Assembly (NCBI GenBank): GCA_963840455.1
Contig: CAWIYV010000013.1
Coordinates: 1 to 64,000, forward strand
Reading direction: 5' to 3'
Origin: Nitrospirota bacterium
Lineage (GTDB): Bacteria > Nitrospirota > UBA9217
DNA: 64,000 nt
Under the pieces are notes generated by a model that did no database searches, was not told the DNA's origin, and saw only the letters and a program-made list of their open reading frames with translations. Position numbers and translations under genes: made by a program. Shown here piece by piece: positions 10,745 through 20,753 of the stretch (position 1 is the stretch's first letter; each line of letters begins with the position of its first letter).

Positions 10745-11659
10745 TCACATCTGCCCTGCCTGTACCAGCGCGATCCTGAGGAAAGCGCTGCCCGCGAGGA
10801 CGAGAACGGACGTGAGCACGATCCCGTTGCCGCCCCCGGCAGGGCGGCTTCTTGCCGTCAATTGTCTGGTGAGAGGAACGAGGATCCCGAGCACAACGGC
10901 CCCGCCCAGGAACAGGACGCCGTAGAGGCCGGTCAGGAGCGGCACAGCGTACCTGCCGGCAAGCGCCAGCATTGCGATGATGATGCCGAGCTCCGCGATC
11001 ATGACCGGCCGTTCAAAGCTTTCCAGCCGGAGGGCAGTATCGGCGGACATGATCCGCTGGCGCGCCATCACGAGAGCGATCGCTGCGGCCCCGGTCGAAG
11101 CTCCGGACACGATGAAGAGCGAGCCGACCCAGGGGTCGGTCCCTGCCCAGAGCGGCCGGGCCGTGGTGTTCAGAAGAACGCCGGTGTAACCGGCCACAAA
11201 GAAACCGAAGAAGGAACCGATGGCAGCGTAGACCTTGTGCGGGACGCGGTTGAAGAGCTTATGGACCTTCTTGAGAGCCGGCGACGTAAGCTTACCGTCT
11301 TCTACGAGCACGTTCAGGAACGAGAGGAGCGACATGCCGCTGAAGATAAGGAGCGCCCAGGTTCCCACGGAAAGCGGGGATGTGTTATTCATATAGGGCA
11401 TGCCTGCACCAGGCGAGAAGAAGAGATGCCAGAAGCGCAACGGCCTGCCGAGATCCGCGATCAGGAGGACCGGTGTGATGCAGATCAGCGGAAAGGCAAT
11501 ATAGTACGCGATCCTGCTCACGTCGCGGTGCTTGTCGTAGCCCAGCAGCTCCACGAGCGAACCGATGAAGTAGGCGCCAGCCGACACGCCGCCAATGAAG
11601 AAGTACATCGCGATGTAGTACCACTCCCAATGGGGAGCCTGCGATTCAAGGGCCATCAT
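10745..11659 (-). CDS. NrfD/PsrC-family membrane anchor subunit
   Basis: W..YIAMYFF.GG, DLGRP.RF and YTGVLL motifs; about 8 TM helices. Confidence 0.9.
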   Translation of the reverse strand: MMALESQAPHWEWYYIAMYFFIGGVSAGAYFIGSLVELLGYDKHRDVSRIAYYIAFPLICITPVLLIADLGRPLRFWHLFFSPGAGMPYMNNTSPLSVGTWALLIFSGMSLLSFLNVLVEDGKLTSPALKKVHKLFNRVPHKVYAAIGSFFGFFVAGYTGVLLNTTARPLWAGTDPWVGSLFIVSGASTGAAAIALVMARQRIMSADTALRLESFERPVMIAELGIIIAMLALAGRYAVPLLTGLYGVLFLGGAVVLGILVPLTRQLTARSRPAGGGNGIVLTSVLVLAGSAFLRIALVQAGQM

Positions 11660-11683
11660 GATTACACCTCCTGAACTTCATTC

Positions 11684-11789
11684 GCCACAGAGGCACGGAG
11701 ACACAGAGGAATTCACAGCCAAAGGCTTTGCCTTAAACCAGGGAGAAAGATATCTTTTGTTTTTCTCTGTGCCTCTGTGTCTCTGTGGC
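11684..11789. repeat. REP-like inverted pair (CACAGAG/CTCTGTG, 9-bp periodic)
   Basis: gccacagaggcacggagacacagag ... ctctgtgcctctgtgtctctgtggc, between fdnH and the NrfD gene. Confidence 0.8.
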
Positions 11790-11799
11790 AGGCCTTCGG

Positions 11800-12609
11800 T
11801 TACTTTTCTTCTTTTGTCGCTCCCCGTTCCCGGAAGGCAAAGACAGCCGCCGCTCCCACGGCGATGGCGGTCGCGACCGTGAGGCCCGAGCTCACATGCA
11901 GCCGGTCCTGCGGGACCACGGGCTTCTCCGGCTGGCCGTAGACCGACGGCTTGTCCATGAAGAGGTAGAAGACGTTCAGGCCACCCGCTTCGTTGTATCC
12001 GTAGATGTTCGCCTTGTCGAATCCCAGGCCGTTGAGCTGGGCAAGCCGGACATCCGCCTTCTTCTTGAGCTCCTCGACCACGCCGAAAGTGATGGACCCC
12101 GTGGGGCAGGCCTTTGCGCAGGCGGTGCCCAGTCCGTTATGGATGCGGTCATTGCAGAGCGTGCACTTGTGCACCGTGCCTGTCCGCTCGCTGAAGGAGA
12201 TCACGCCGTAGGGGCACGAAGGGATGCAGTACTTGCAGCCGATGCAGACCTCCTGCTTGACGACCACGTTGCCCTGGTCGGTCCGCACGATGGCCTGCAC
12301 CGGGCAGGCGTTCAGGCAGCCCGCATTATTGCAGTGCTTGCAGGAATCGCTTGAGAAAAGCCAGCGCGCCTCGGTCCGGTCAGGACTGAACTGCTCGATG
12401 AAGCGGACATGCCGCCAGTCGGTCGCAGAGAGGTTCCCGGTATTGTCGTAGGAGTTGCCGGTGAAGTTCGACGCGACAGTATAGGGTATGCCCGGCCGCT
12501 TCTGAAAATGCGTTGGCTCGCCTTCAAGGCCGTTCCATTCCTTGCACGCCACCTGGCACGCCTTGCAGCCGGTGCAGATGGAGGTGTCGACGAACATTCC
12601 CTTTGCCAT
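11800..12609 (-). CDS. fdnH: Formate dehydrogenase iron-sulfur (beta) subunit
   Basis: CTGCKACQVAC, CKHC....CLNACP, CIGCKYC...CP and KCTLC...C...C clusters; C-terminal TM anchor. Confidence 0.9.
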   Translation of the reverse strand: MAKGMFVDTSICTGCKACQVACKEWNGLEGEPTHFQKRPGIPYTVASNFTGNSYDNTGNLSATDWRHVRFIEQFSPDRTEARWLFSSDSCKHCNNAGCLNACPVQAIVRTDQGNVVVKQEVCIGCKYCIPSCPYGVISFSERTGTVHKCTLCNDRIHNGLGTACAKACPTGSITFGVVEELKKKADVRLAQLNGLGFDKANIYGYNEAGGLNVFYLFMDKPSVYGQPEKPVVPQDRLHVSSGLTVATAIAVGAAAVFAFRERGATKEEK

Positions 12610-15600
12610 TATGCAGCACCTCCTCTCTTGCCAGCGCTGACCCTGCAGGTGAAGACCTTGCCTTCATGGATCGAGACGTTCGGGTCGGCCACGAGAACGC
12701 TCAGGTTGTTCACCACGTCGCTCTGCGCCCGTCCCTGCCAGCCCCAGTGCCAGGGCAGGCCGATCTCATGCACGACCTTGCCGTTGATCATAAAGGGCCG
12801 CATGCGCCGTGTCACCATGGCCCGCGCCTGGATCCTGCCGCGGGCCGTTTCGATCGTCATGTATTCAGCGTTCTTGATCCCCTTCTCCGCAGCGAGTTCG
12901 GGGGATATCTCGCAGAAGAGCTCTGGCATGAGCTCGGCAAGCCACGGCAGCCAGCGTGACATGACGCCGGATAGGTGATGCTCCGTCAACCGGTAGGTCG
13001 AGACGATGATGGGATAATCCGGATCAGCGACCTTATGGTATGGATTGCCGGGGACCTTCCAGGTCTTCGCCACCGGATTCGACTGCTGCTTGTACACCGG
13101 GTTCTCCACGGGAGACTCGTAGGGCTCGTAGTGCGTGGGTAGCGGGCCGTCCACGAGGCCGGCGGGCGCGAAGAGCCACGCCTTGCCGTCAGGCCGCATG
13201 ATGAAAGGATCATTGCCTGAAAGCCAGTCGAAGCCGATGCCGTTGTCCCTGCCGCGGAAGGACGGGGCCTTCGTGGGCTGGAAATCGATGCCTTCTCCCG
13301 ATGGAGCGACCCAGGAGCCACGAAGCGTCTTGCCGCTCGGGTCCTTCACTTCCTTGTCCGGGTCCCAGTACACGAGCTTCTTCTTTTCCGACCACGGCCG
13401 TCCCTGCGGGTCCGCTGAAGCGCGGTTGTACATGATGTGGCGGTTTGCCGGCCAGGCGAATCCCCAGTTCGGTGAGATCCAGTTGTCTCCCTGCCTGCGC
13501 GCGGCGAAGTTCTTTCCCTCCTCGGGGATGACGCCGGTGTAGATCCAGGCGCCGCAGGCAGTGGTCCCGTCCTCTTTCAAGAGCGCGAAGGAGGCGAGCG
13601 GCTTCCTATCGTTCCAGGTGTAGCCGTTGATCTCCTTCAGGAGCTTGTAGGCCGAAGGCTCGTCCTTGATGCGGAAGTTCGCCACCTCGGCAGACTCGGG
13701 TTCGTAATCCCAGAACAGGTTCTTGATCGCCCAGTCGCGATCCTTGCCCGACCCTGCATACATCTTTTTGAGCTGCTTGCCGATATGGTAGGTGAACCAG
13801 ATGTCGCTCCGCGCCTCCTTGGGCGGGTCAGCCGCCTTGTCGTGCTGCTGCAGGAGCCGCTGGGTGTTGGTGAAGGAGCCTTCCATTTCGGAAACCATGG
13901 CGGCAGGCAGGAAGAAGACTTCGGTCTTTATATCCGCGGGCTTGACCTCTCCCTCCTTTACCTCCGGAGAGTTCCGCCAGAAGGACGAGGTCTCGGTCTC
14001 GAAGTAGTCGCGTACGACCATCCAGTCGAGCTTGGCCAGTGCCTTGCGCTGGAACCTCGCGTTCTGGCCGCCTACTGCCGGGTTCTGGCCCATGACGAAG
14101 AAGCCCCTGATCTTTCCGTCCATCATGTCCACGAACATGGGCAGGTGCGAATGGTCGCCGGTGATCTTTGGGTGGTAGTCGTAGCCGTAGTTATTTTCCT
14201 TTGTAGCCGCGTCGCCCCACTGCGCCTTGAAGTAGGAGACCGCGAACTTGGGATAGTTGCCCCAGTAGCTCGTCATGAGCGGCACCGACTCGGTCAGGAT
14301 AAAATCCTTGAGCGTGTCGTGGTTCTTCCTCGCGTCGGGCATGTTGAGATATCCCGGCAGCGAATGGTACAAGGTCGCGATGTCCGTGGAACCCTGGATC
14401 GTGGCATGGCCGCGGAGCGCCAGCACGCCGCCGCCGGGCCTCCCGATGTTGCCCAGCAGTTCCTGGAGCATGCCCGCGCAGCGGATGATCTGGACGCCCA
14501 CGGTATGCTGGGTCCAGCCCACGGCGTAGGTGATGTTCGAGGTCTTGTCGCGTCCGGAGTTGTTCAGCAGCGTCTCGGCTACTTTCAGGAACTTCTCCTT
14601 CGGGCAGCCGCAGACCTTTTCGACCATTTCGGGTGTATACCGGCGGTAGTGCCGCTTCAGGATCTGGAACACCGTGTGCGGGTCCTTGAGCGTGGGGTCC
14701 GTTTTCGGTCTGCCGGGTACTTTTTGCAGGAGCATATCGGTGAAGGTCTTCGGCTCGGCAACGGACGATTGAGGCGCCGGGTTGCGCTGGTAGGTCCAGG
14801 TGGCCGGGGAATAGGCCTTCCCGTCTTCGGACATGCCCGAGAAGAGCCCGTTGAGGTCCTCGGTGTCCATGAAGTCCGGGTTCACGAGCGTTGCGGCGTT
14901 CGTGTAATTGACCACATATTCCTTGAAGAACGGGTCGGTGTTCCACCGCTTGCTGTTGATGACGTGGTTGATGAGCGCACCGAGAAAGGTGATGTCCGAC
15001 CCTGCCCGGATGGGCGCGTGAATGTCGCACATAGCCGTGGTGCGCGTGAAGCGCGGGTCAACGTGCATGAGCACGGCGCCGTGGTCCGTTTTCGCTTTCA
15101 GCGGCCAGCGGAACGCCACGGGATGGCACTCTGCCATGTTGGAGCCCATGATCATGACCGCATCGGAGTTGACGAGATCGCGCGGGAAGGTCGTCGAGCC
15201 GCCGCGACCGAAGGAGACCCCCAGACCGGGGACCGTCGAGGAGTGTCAGATCCGCGCCTGGTTCTCCAGGTAGACCACCCCCAGGGAGTGCATCAACTTC
15301 TGGTGGGCGTAGTTCCATTCATTGTCCATGGTCGCGCCGCCCAGGGAGGCGATGGCGTAGGTGTTCATCACGCGTTTCTTCATCGTGCCGCCCTTGCCGT
15401 CGGGCATATTCTGATACTCGTTGAAATGGGCGTCGCGGGTCTGCTTCGTCAGTTCGGCGATGCGCCGCATGGCCCAGTCAAGCGGCTTGTCCTCCCAGTG
15501 GTCGCTGCCCGGCGCCCGGTACCTGACCGTGGTCCACCGCTGGTCGTTGTTCACGAACTGCCACGTCGCCGCACCCTTGGGGCAGAGGGTCCCCTGATTG

Positions 15601-15848
15601 ATCGGCGAATCGGGATGGCCTTGGATGTCGATGATCTTGCCCTGGTCATCGACCATGACGATCTGGGCGCAGCCGACCGAGCAGTAGGGGCAGAGGCTCG
15701 GGACCTGCCTGCCCGTCTTGATCGGGACAGTATGCGCCTGCTCTTTTCCCGGGGCCGTATTCGCACGCAGGACACCTGCGTCTGCAAGGGCGGCCGTGCC
15801 GAGAGCCCCTGACGAAAACTTCAGGAACTGCCGTCGAGTGACTTTCAT
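12609..15848 (-). CDS. fdnG: Formate dehydrogenase-N type alpha subunit, selenocysteine-containing (1079 aa, Sec at codon 201)
   Basis: ORFs 15246-15848 and 12609-15155 join in frame across the TGA at 15246-15248, giving NQARI-U-HSSTVPGLG; TRRQFLK Tat signal; CPYCSVGC..C cluster; molybdopterin-binding C-terminus. Confidence 0.95.
15216..15234 (-). promoter_or_regulatory. Bacterial SECIS hairpin
   Basis: TGA + 11 nt + GGTCCCC-GGTCT-GGGGGTC stem-loop on the coding strand. Confidence 0.85.
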
Positions 15849-15940
15849 GGTATGCGTTTATTCTCCTTTCGCAGAAGTGGTGAGCGGTCATCTGGAAGAA
15901 CACGCAGGGAAAAACAGGACATGAACGGTATCCTCTAAAA

Positions 15941-15983
15941 AGTTTAGCGCAGCGAAGTGTTTATGTCAAATTCGCTGCGCTAA
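15941..15983 (-). promoter_or_regulatory. fdh operon promoter with a 13-bp inverted-repeat operator
   Basis: Minus strand TTGACA (15964-69)-17 bp-TAAACT (15941-46); TTAGCGCAGCGAA (15944-56) and TTCGCTGCGCTAA (15971-83) bracket the -35. Confidence 0.75.
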
Positions 15984-16157
15984 CGCTGTTCAACTAAAGT
16001 ATGAACCGTATGATTTTTATCCTATTTCCTAGATCCCCGTAATAACTTCACGAAAGCATTCGGGTACGCTTCTTTCCACGGTGTTTCTATGCCCTGTTCT
16101 ACCGCGCATGATGAAGTCACGGGACCGGGGCTTTGGTCAGCCAAACTCGTCCTGTTG

Positions 16158-16490
16158 CTACTGCGTCGGATAGGTATTTCGTGCCAGCCTGATGCGCTCG
16201 CTCAAGGACCTCTCTGTGATGTTCGCGCTCTGCATGCTGTCTTCCTGCCTGTCGGCAAGCTGCCACGCCCGCTTATATAGGTTTCGCGGTTGTTTTACGA
16301 CGATGCGGAACTGTCCTTCCTCATAGGAAACAGGCATGCTCAAACCGGACTCGCGCGCCAGGATATCCGCCTGCACGAGAGCCCATTCGCTCCCCGTTGC
16401 AAAACCGCTGTTCTTTCCGATCGGGAAGCCGGCTGCAAAACCCGCCAGTAACAGAGCGGTCGCCAACACTAACTGTGTGATGATCTTCAT
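16158..16490 (-). CDS. Hypothetical exported or membrane protein
   Basis: ATG 16490 with GGAGGAGG RBS and a hydrophobic N-terminus. Confidence 0.65.
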   Translation of the reverse strand: MKIITQLVLATALLLAGFAAGFPIGKNSGFATGSEWALVQADILARESGLSMPVSYEEGQFRIVVKQPRNLYKRAWQLADRQEDSMQSANITERSLSERIRLARNTYPTQ

Positions 16491-16967
16491 GGCCTCCTCC
16501 TTTGTTTCAGCCGTCGTCTCACGGCGAAATTCGCGGAGGGACGGAACTGAAAGGGTAAATATATAAGGTTCCATAGTTGATCTACCTGTTACTATTGTAG
16601 CAAATCCTTTTCCTCGATGTGGCCGCGATACAACTATTAATGGTCGAACTAGCTAGAAAAGGGTTTCGGAGATGGGTGTTCATCATGAGAGGATCATGTT
16701 TCCGGGTTCGATGTCCAGACGAGATCCACCGTAGTTGACCTGACTATGCTGGTCTCCCGAAGGACCTGCTCCCGGCAGGGCAGGCCGCAGTGCAGAGGAC
16801 GCACTTTCGCGCGGAGCCGTACCTGAAACGCAGGTACCGCCCGTTCTTTTCCGACTAAGCATGCCCAGCGCCCTCGCGCACGGTTTACCCTGACTTGATG
16901 GAGGCCGCATCATATCCTGGAAATGCTGCACAGGGGTGTCCTGCAGCGCCTGCAGAAGTACGCCCAG

Positions 16968-17010
16968 TAATGCCCGTTCTCTTGACAAAGGCACGACCGG
17001 GCATTATGAT
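16968..17010 (+). promoter_or_regulatory. Sigma70 promoter of the cytochrome c gene, with inverted repeat
   Basis: TTGACA (16982)-17 bp-TATGAT (17005); TAATGCCCG/CGGGCATTA inverted repeat around the -35. Confidence 0.65.
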
Positions 17011-17076
17011 GTCCTCGCCGCTGCAGGGGCACGTCCTATTGGCGTACGAAACCTGATCCCCAGAGGAGGTAAGCGT

Positions 17077-17502
17077 ATGGAGGCAAGAAGGATATTGGGC
17101 TTTGGTACAATGCGGAACGAACGGCGGGCAGGGTTTGTTGCCCTTGCGTTGCTGATGCTCATTGCCCTGATGACCGCAGCCGGGCTGCACGCAGGGACGC
17201 CGGCAGCCGGCACTGTTCCCGCGGGCAAGGAAGTGAAGAATCCCTTTGAAGGCAAGCCCGAGGCGATCAAGGAGGGCGACAAGATCTTTGACGCCAGGTG
17301 TTCAGAGTGCCACATGGACGGCACGGGCGGGGCCGGACCTGACCTGACCGACGATACATGGATCTACGGCGGGTCCGATGCCGAGGTGTTCGAGACCATC
17401 TCCGGCGGAAGAAAGGGCGGCATGCCGTCGTGGAAGGGCGTGCTGAGCAGTGATGACATCTGGAAAGTCATGGCATTTATCCGGAGCATCCATAGGAAAT
17501 AA
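17077..17502 (+). CDS. Monohaem c-type cytochrome (CcoP/cytochrome cL-like)
   Basis: CSECH, GPDLTD..WIYGG and GMPSW motifs; signal/TM segment; GGAGG RBS. Confidence 0.85.
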   Translation: MEARRILGFGTMRNERRAGFVALALLMLIALMTAAGLHAGTPAAGTVPAGKEVKNPFEGKPEAIKEGDKIFDARCSECHMDGTGGAGPDLTDDTWIYGGSDAEVFETISGGRKGGMPSWKGVLSSDDIWKVMAFIRSIHRK

Positions 17503-17591
17503 AGAACGGAGAACCAGCGGGAATCGCTTTTCGGACCGGCCGTCCGGTCAACCTGCGGGAAACGGATCGTTACTCTAGGGAAGAGGGCCCC

Positions 17592-18344
17592 ATGGGGACG
17601 AAATGGGAACAGTACCGGTATTTCCTGAAGGACACGGTTCGCCGGACCATTGACTTCTCGATGACCGACCAGAATGCCGGCGTCGCGCCTCCGCCGCTCG
17701 AGAAGCCCGTTCCCGCAGAGGGGGAGCGCATCGGCCTCCTGCGGAAGGGGACCTGGAAAGGTTTCTCGGACATCGATCTCGTGTCGGTCATCGAGGGGCG
17801 CAGAAGCCACCGGCGCTTTACGGCTGAGCCGCTCACGCTGGAAGAGCTCTCGTTCCTGCTCTGGGCAACGCAGGGGATACGGCAGGCGGCGAGCGAGTCC
17901 ACTGCCTTCCGGAACGTCCCCTCTGCCGGCTGCCGCCACGCACTCGAGACCTACCTCTGCGTTCTGAACGTCACGGGGCTTGAAGCGGGGCTCTATCGTT
18001 TCCTTCCGGTGGAGCACCAGCTCCTGACCATCTCGCGGGAAGAGAACCTTTCCGAGCGGCTCGCCGTGGCGGCACTTGGTCAGGTCTTCCTTGCGAAGGC
18101 CCCCGTGACCTTTGTCTGGACCACGATCCCCTATCGCATGGAATGGCGCTACGACATCGCGGCCCACAAGGTCATCGCCCTTGATGCGGGCCATGTTTGC
18201 CAGAACCTCTACCTGGCCAGCGCGGCGATCGGATGTGGAACGTGCGCTGTTGCCGCATATCATCAGGAGCTGATGGACGAGCTCCTGGGCGTGGATGGGG
18301 ACGATGAGTTCACGCTGTACCTGGCGCCAGTCGGCAGGGTGTGA
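17592..18344 (+). CDS. SagB/ThcOx-family nitroreductase-like oxidoreductase
   Basis: RRSHRRF, PSAGCRHALE and LDAGHVCQNLYL motifs. Confidence 0.85.
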   Translation: MGTKWEQYRYFLKDTVRRTIDFSMTDQNAGVAPPPLEKPVPAEGERIGLLRKGTWKGFSDIDLVSVIEGRRSHRRFTAEPLTLEELSFLLWATQGIRQAASESTAFRNVPSAGCRHALETYLCVLNVTGLEAGLYRFLPVEHQLLTISREENLSERLAVAALGQVFLAKAPVTFVWTTIPYRMEWRYDIAAHKVIALDAGHVCQNLYLASAAIGCGTCAVAAYHQELMDELLGVDGDDEFTLYLAPVGRV

Positions 18345-18358
18345 TCGCCTGTGGTGAA

Positions 18359-18625
18359 TCCAGGAGCGAGCGCATTCCCCGCAGCTTGCTGCGGGGCTAG
18401 CGAGTGATTAGAATAACGAACTTCCCTGAGGATCGAAGCTCCATGCAGCTATTCGTAGGGAGCTTAAATCCAGGAGCGAGCGCATTCCCCGCAGCTTGCT
18501 GCGGGGCTAGCGAGCGATTAGAATAACGAACTTCCCTGAGGATCGAAGCTCCATGCAGCTATTCGTTAGGGAGCTTAAATCCAGGAGCGAGCGCATTCCC
18601 CGCAGCTCGGTGCAGGGAGCTTCAA
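18359..18625 (+). mobile_element. Tandem array of two-hairpin MITE family A (110 + 111 + 46 bp)
   Basis: Copies at 18359-18468, 18469-18579 and an internally deleted copy at 18580-18625; follows GTGAA; units end TTAAA or TTCAA. Confidence 0.85.
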
Positions 18626-18711
18626 CGGTACCGTCGCGAAGAACCGGTGCGGGCCGCAGGTCCGGCCGGGAAATTGCTTATTCCGCGGTCCGCTTTGTGG
18701 TAAAATCTGAC

Positions 18712-19242
18712 ATGGAAAAAAAGAGCGACATAAAGAAGCCCGGCGCGGGCGAACCTGACCGGCCCGAAGGACGCGAGGTGATCAAGCCTAGTCTCTATCT
18801 GCGGGCGGTGAGGTCCCATCTCCGGAGCGGGAAACCGAAGGAAGCCTACGGCCTGCTGCTGCAGGCCACCATCCAGTATCCCGACGACCCGCTTATCCTC
18901 TCCTATTTTGGCTGTCTCCAGGCCATTGTGGACAGGAAGTACCGGAGCGGCGTGGAGGCCTGCAAGCGGGCGATCCTGCTGCTGAAGAAGCAGAACGTTT
19001 TCAGCGAAGAGGTGCTCTACCCGGTGTTCTATCTCAACCTCGGCAGGGCATATGTTGCTGCAGGCAAGAAAAAAGACGCCATTGACACGTTCAAGAAAGG
19101 GCTCAAGTACGACAACGGGAACAGCGATCTGAAGAAGGAGCTGCAGGGGCTGGGCGCGAGGAAGCAGCCTCCCGTGCCGTTCCTCGACCGCTCGAACCCG
19201 ATCAACAAGTACATCGGCCTGATCCTGCACAAGACGAAATAG
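18712..19242 (+). CDS. Tetratricopeptide repeat protein
   Basis: TPR-like helices (YLNLGRAY...KKDAIDTFKKGL); the ORF-track N-terminal extension is MITE sequence, so ATG 18712 is used. Confidence 0.75.
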   Translation: MEKKSDIKKPGAGEPDRPEGREVIKPSLYLRAVRSHLRSGKPKEAYGLLLQATIQYPDDPLILSYFGCLQAIVDRKYRSGVEACKRAILLLKKQNVFSEEVLYPVFYLNLGRAYVAAGKKKDAIDTFKKGLKYDNGNSDLKKELQGLGARKQPPVPFLDRSNPINKYIGLILHKTK

Positions 19243-19443
19243 TAGCCGGCGGGATAGAAGGATCGGTAGACCTGACAGAGGACAGGGGACACGAAGAAAA
19301 TCACACACCATTGACGCCCTGTATTCGACCGCCTGGGGTAGTATCCCGGTACAATTTCCCATTTTCAAATAAATATACTGATGGTGTTATCCGTGTTCAT
19401 CCCTATCAATCCGCGGCCAATTCATCCTTGCATGTGAAATATC

Positions 19444-19902
19444 GTGATCGTAACGGACCTTGACCATATGGACCAGCAGGTCCCCATGACGCCTTCCCTG
19501 CGGAAGGCATTCGACTTTCTGCAGGCTAGTGATCTGCTGCAGCTGCCCGATGGCAGGGTGGACATCGATGGAGACCGGGTGTTCGCCCTGGTGCAGCGGT
19601 ATGAGACGGTGAGGACGGACGCCCCGAAGTACGAATGCCATAGGAAGTACATCGACGTGCAGTTCATCGCAACGGGTGAGGAGGTCATCGGCTGGGCGCC
19701 TGCTGAGCGGATGAGCGTGACCGAGGCCTATGACGCCGGCAAGGACGTTTGCTTCGGCACGATCGCGGCGGGGACATGGACGCCGGTGCGGCTGGAAGCG
19801 GGGCAGCTCATGGTGCTTTGGCCCGAGGACGCCCACGCGCCCAGGGGAGCGGCAAGGGAATCGAAGCGCGTCATGAAGATCGTGGTGAAGGTGGCGGTGT
19901 GA
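19444..19902 (+). CDS. YhcH/YjgK/YiaL (DUF386) family protein
   Basis: E.HRKYIDVQ, P.DAHAP and KIVVKV motifs. Confidence 0.9.
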   Translation: MIVTDLDHMDQQVPMTPSLRKAFDFLQASDLLQLPDGRVDIDGDRVFALVQRYETVRTDAPKYECHRKYIDVQFIATGEEVIGWAPAERMSVTEAYDAGKDVCFGTIAAGTWTPVRLEAGQLMVLWPEDAHAPRGAARESKRVMKIVVKVAV

Positions 19903-19977
19903 AGGGGCAAGGGTCATCGGGCCAGGATTCAGGCAAGAGAATGTGAACAGGGAGAGGGAGAAGCTTCAGGGAGCAGG

Positions 19978-20277
19978 GTGACCATGCGGAAAAAGGACCA
20001 GAACGATATCAAGCGGGAATTCCGGCTGCGCCAGACCCGGCAGATCATTGCCGTGACGGTCGCGCTGTTTCTCGTAATGCTGGCTGCGGTGCTCTACAAG
20101 CGGCCGGACCTGGTGGGCGCGTTCTCCAAGGGCACATTGTTCGGGCTGCAGGCCACCAGCATCGCCGCGTTCCTGGGTTATACTGCCTACAACTGGAGAT
20201 GCCCTTCCTGCGACAAGCATCTGGGCAGCAACGTCCATCGGCAGCGCTGCGGTAAATGCGGGGCGCTGCTGCAATAG
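19978..20277 (+). CDS. Small membrane protein with C-terminal zinc ribbon
   Basis: Two TM segments followed by WRCPSC...CGKCG. Confidence 0.7.
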   Translation: MTMRKKDQNDIKREFRLRQTRQIIAVTVALFLVMLAAVLYKRPDLVGAFSKGTLFGLQATSIAAFLGYTAYNWRCPSCDKHLGSNVHRQRCGKCGALLQ

Positions 20278-20340
20278 GGCCTACAGGAAAAAGAACACAA
20301 CTACCAATTCTTACCGCCAAATAACCACCGCTCTCTTTTA

Positions 20341-20526
20341 TGGGCAGCACGGTGGCTCCGCTGTGCTAAGCATGCGGTATGCGGGTACTCGTTCTTGTCA
20401 CGGTCTGTCATTCCCGGCAGCGCTACCCCTGCGGACGCGCTGCTTTATTGTCTGTTCTTGTTCGGACTGGATACCGGCATGCATACGCACAGTCGTCGCA
20501 GCCGAGCTGCCCGGGGTTGGGGGTAA
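20341..20526 (+). repeat. Rod-like palindromic module B, copy 1
   Basis: Near-identical to 20754-20939; nested stems GGGCAGC/GCTGCCC, CTGTGC/GCACAG and GCATGC-GGTAT/ATACC-G-GCATGC; ends GGGGTTGGGGGTAA. Confidence 0.85.
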
Positions 20527-20563
20527 GGCAGGATTTTCAAGCCGCTGAATTATCCAAAGCGCC

Positions 20564-20731
20564 CTGCATCCCGTGAACAGGTCCACGCACAAGCATGCCC
20601 GGGAACAGGATCGGCAAATCATCGATCATGCCTGCGCGTGCGAAGCGAAAGCGCACACGGATTGTAGGAACAGCAGGCTAACGGAGAGGACCTCGTGGCA
20701 TGCCTGCGTGGGCCTGGGAACGGCGGTGCAG
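20564..20731 (+). repeat. Palindromic module C (variant interior)
   Basis: Termini ctgcatcccgtgaacaggtccacgcacaagcatgc ... gcatgcctgcgtgggcctg..ggtgcag-A run are shared with the copies at 43919 and 46430. Confidence 0.8.
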
Positions 20732-20753
20732 AAAAAAAGAGACTCGCTCTTTT

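Noticed and set aside
13785-15812. Long antisense ORFs (also 20955-22262, 47609-48994, 51708-53186, 56938-58695, 58668-60038, 62164-63414)
   Set aside because: Shadow ORFs opposite well-supported genes, as expected in high-GC3 DNA
12609-15848. fdnG as a pseudogene or two genes
   Set aside because: The stop is an in-frame TGA at the Sec position with a SECIS hairpin
16574-16960. Possible ncRNA or riboswitch in the long intergenic gap
   Set aside because: Only short local hairpins; no recognisable motif and no second copy to support a structure
18359-18625. Possible CRISPR array
   Set aside because: Units are ~110 bp, abut with no unique spacers, recur as dispersed insertions, and no cas genes are present
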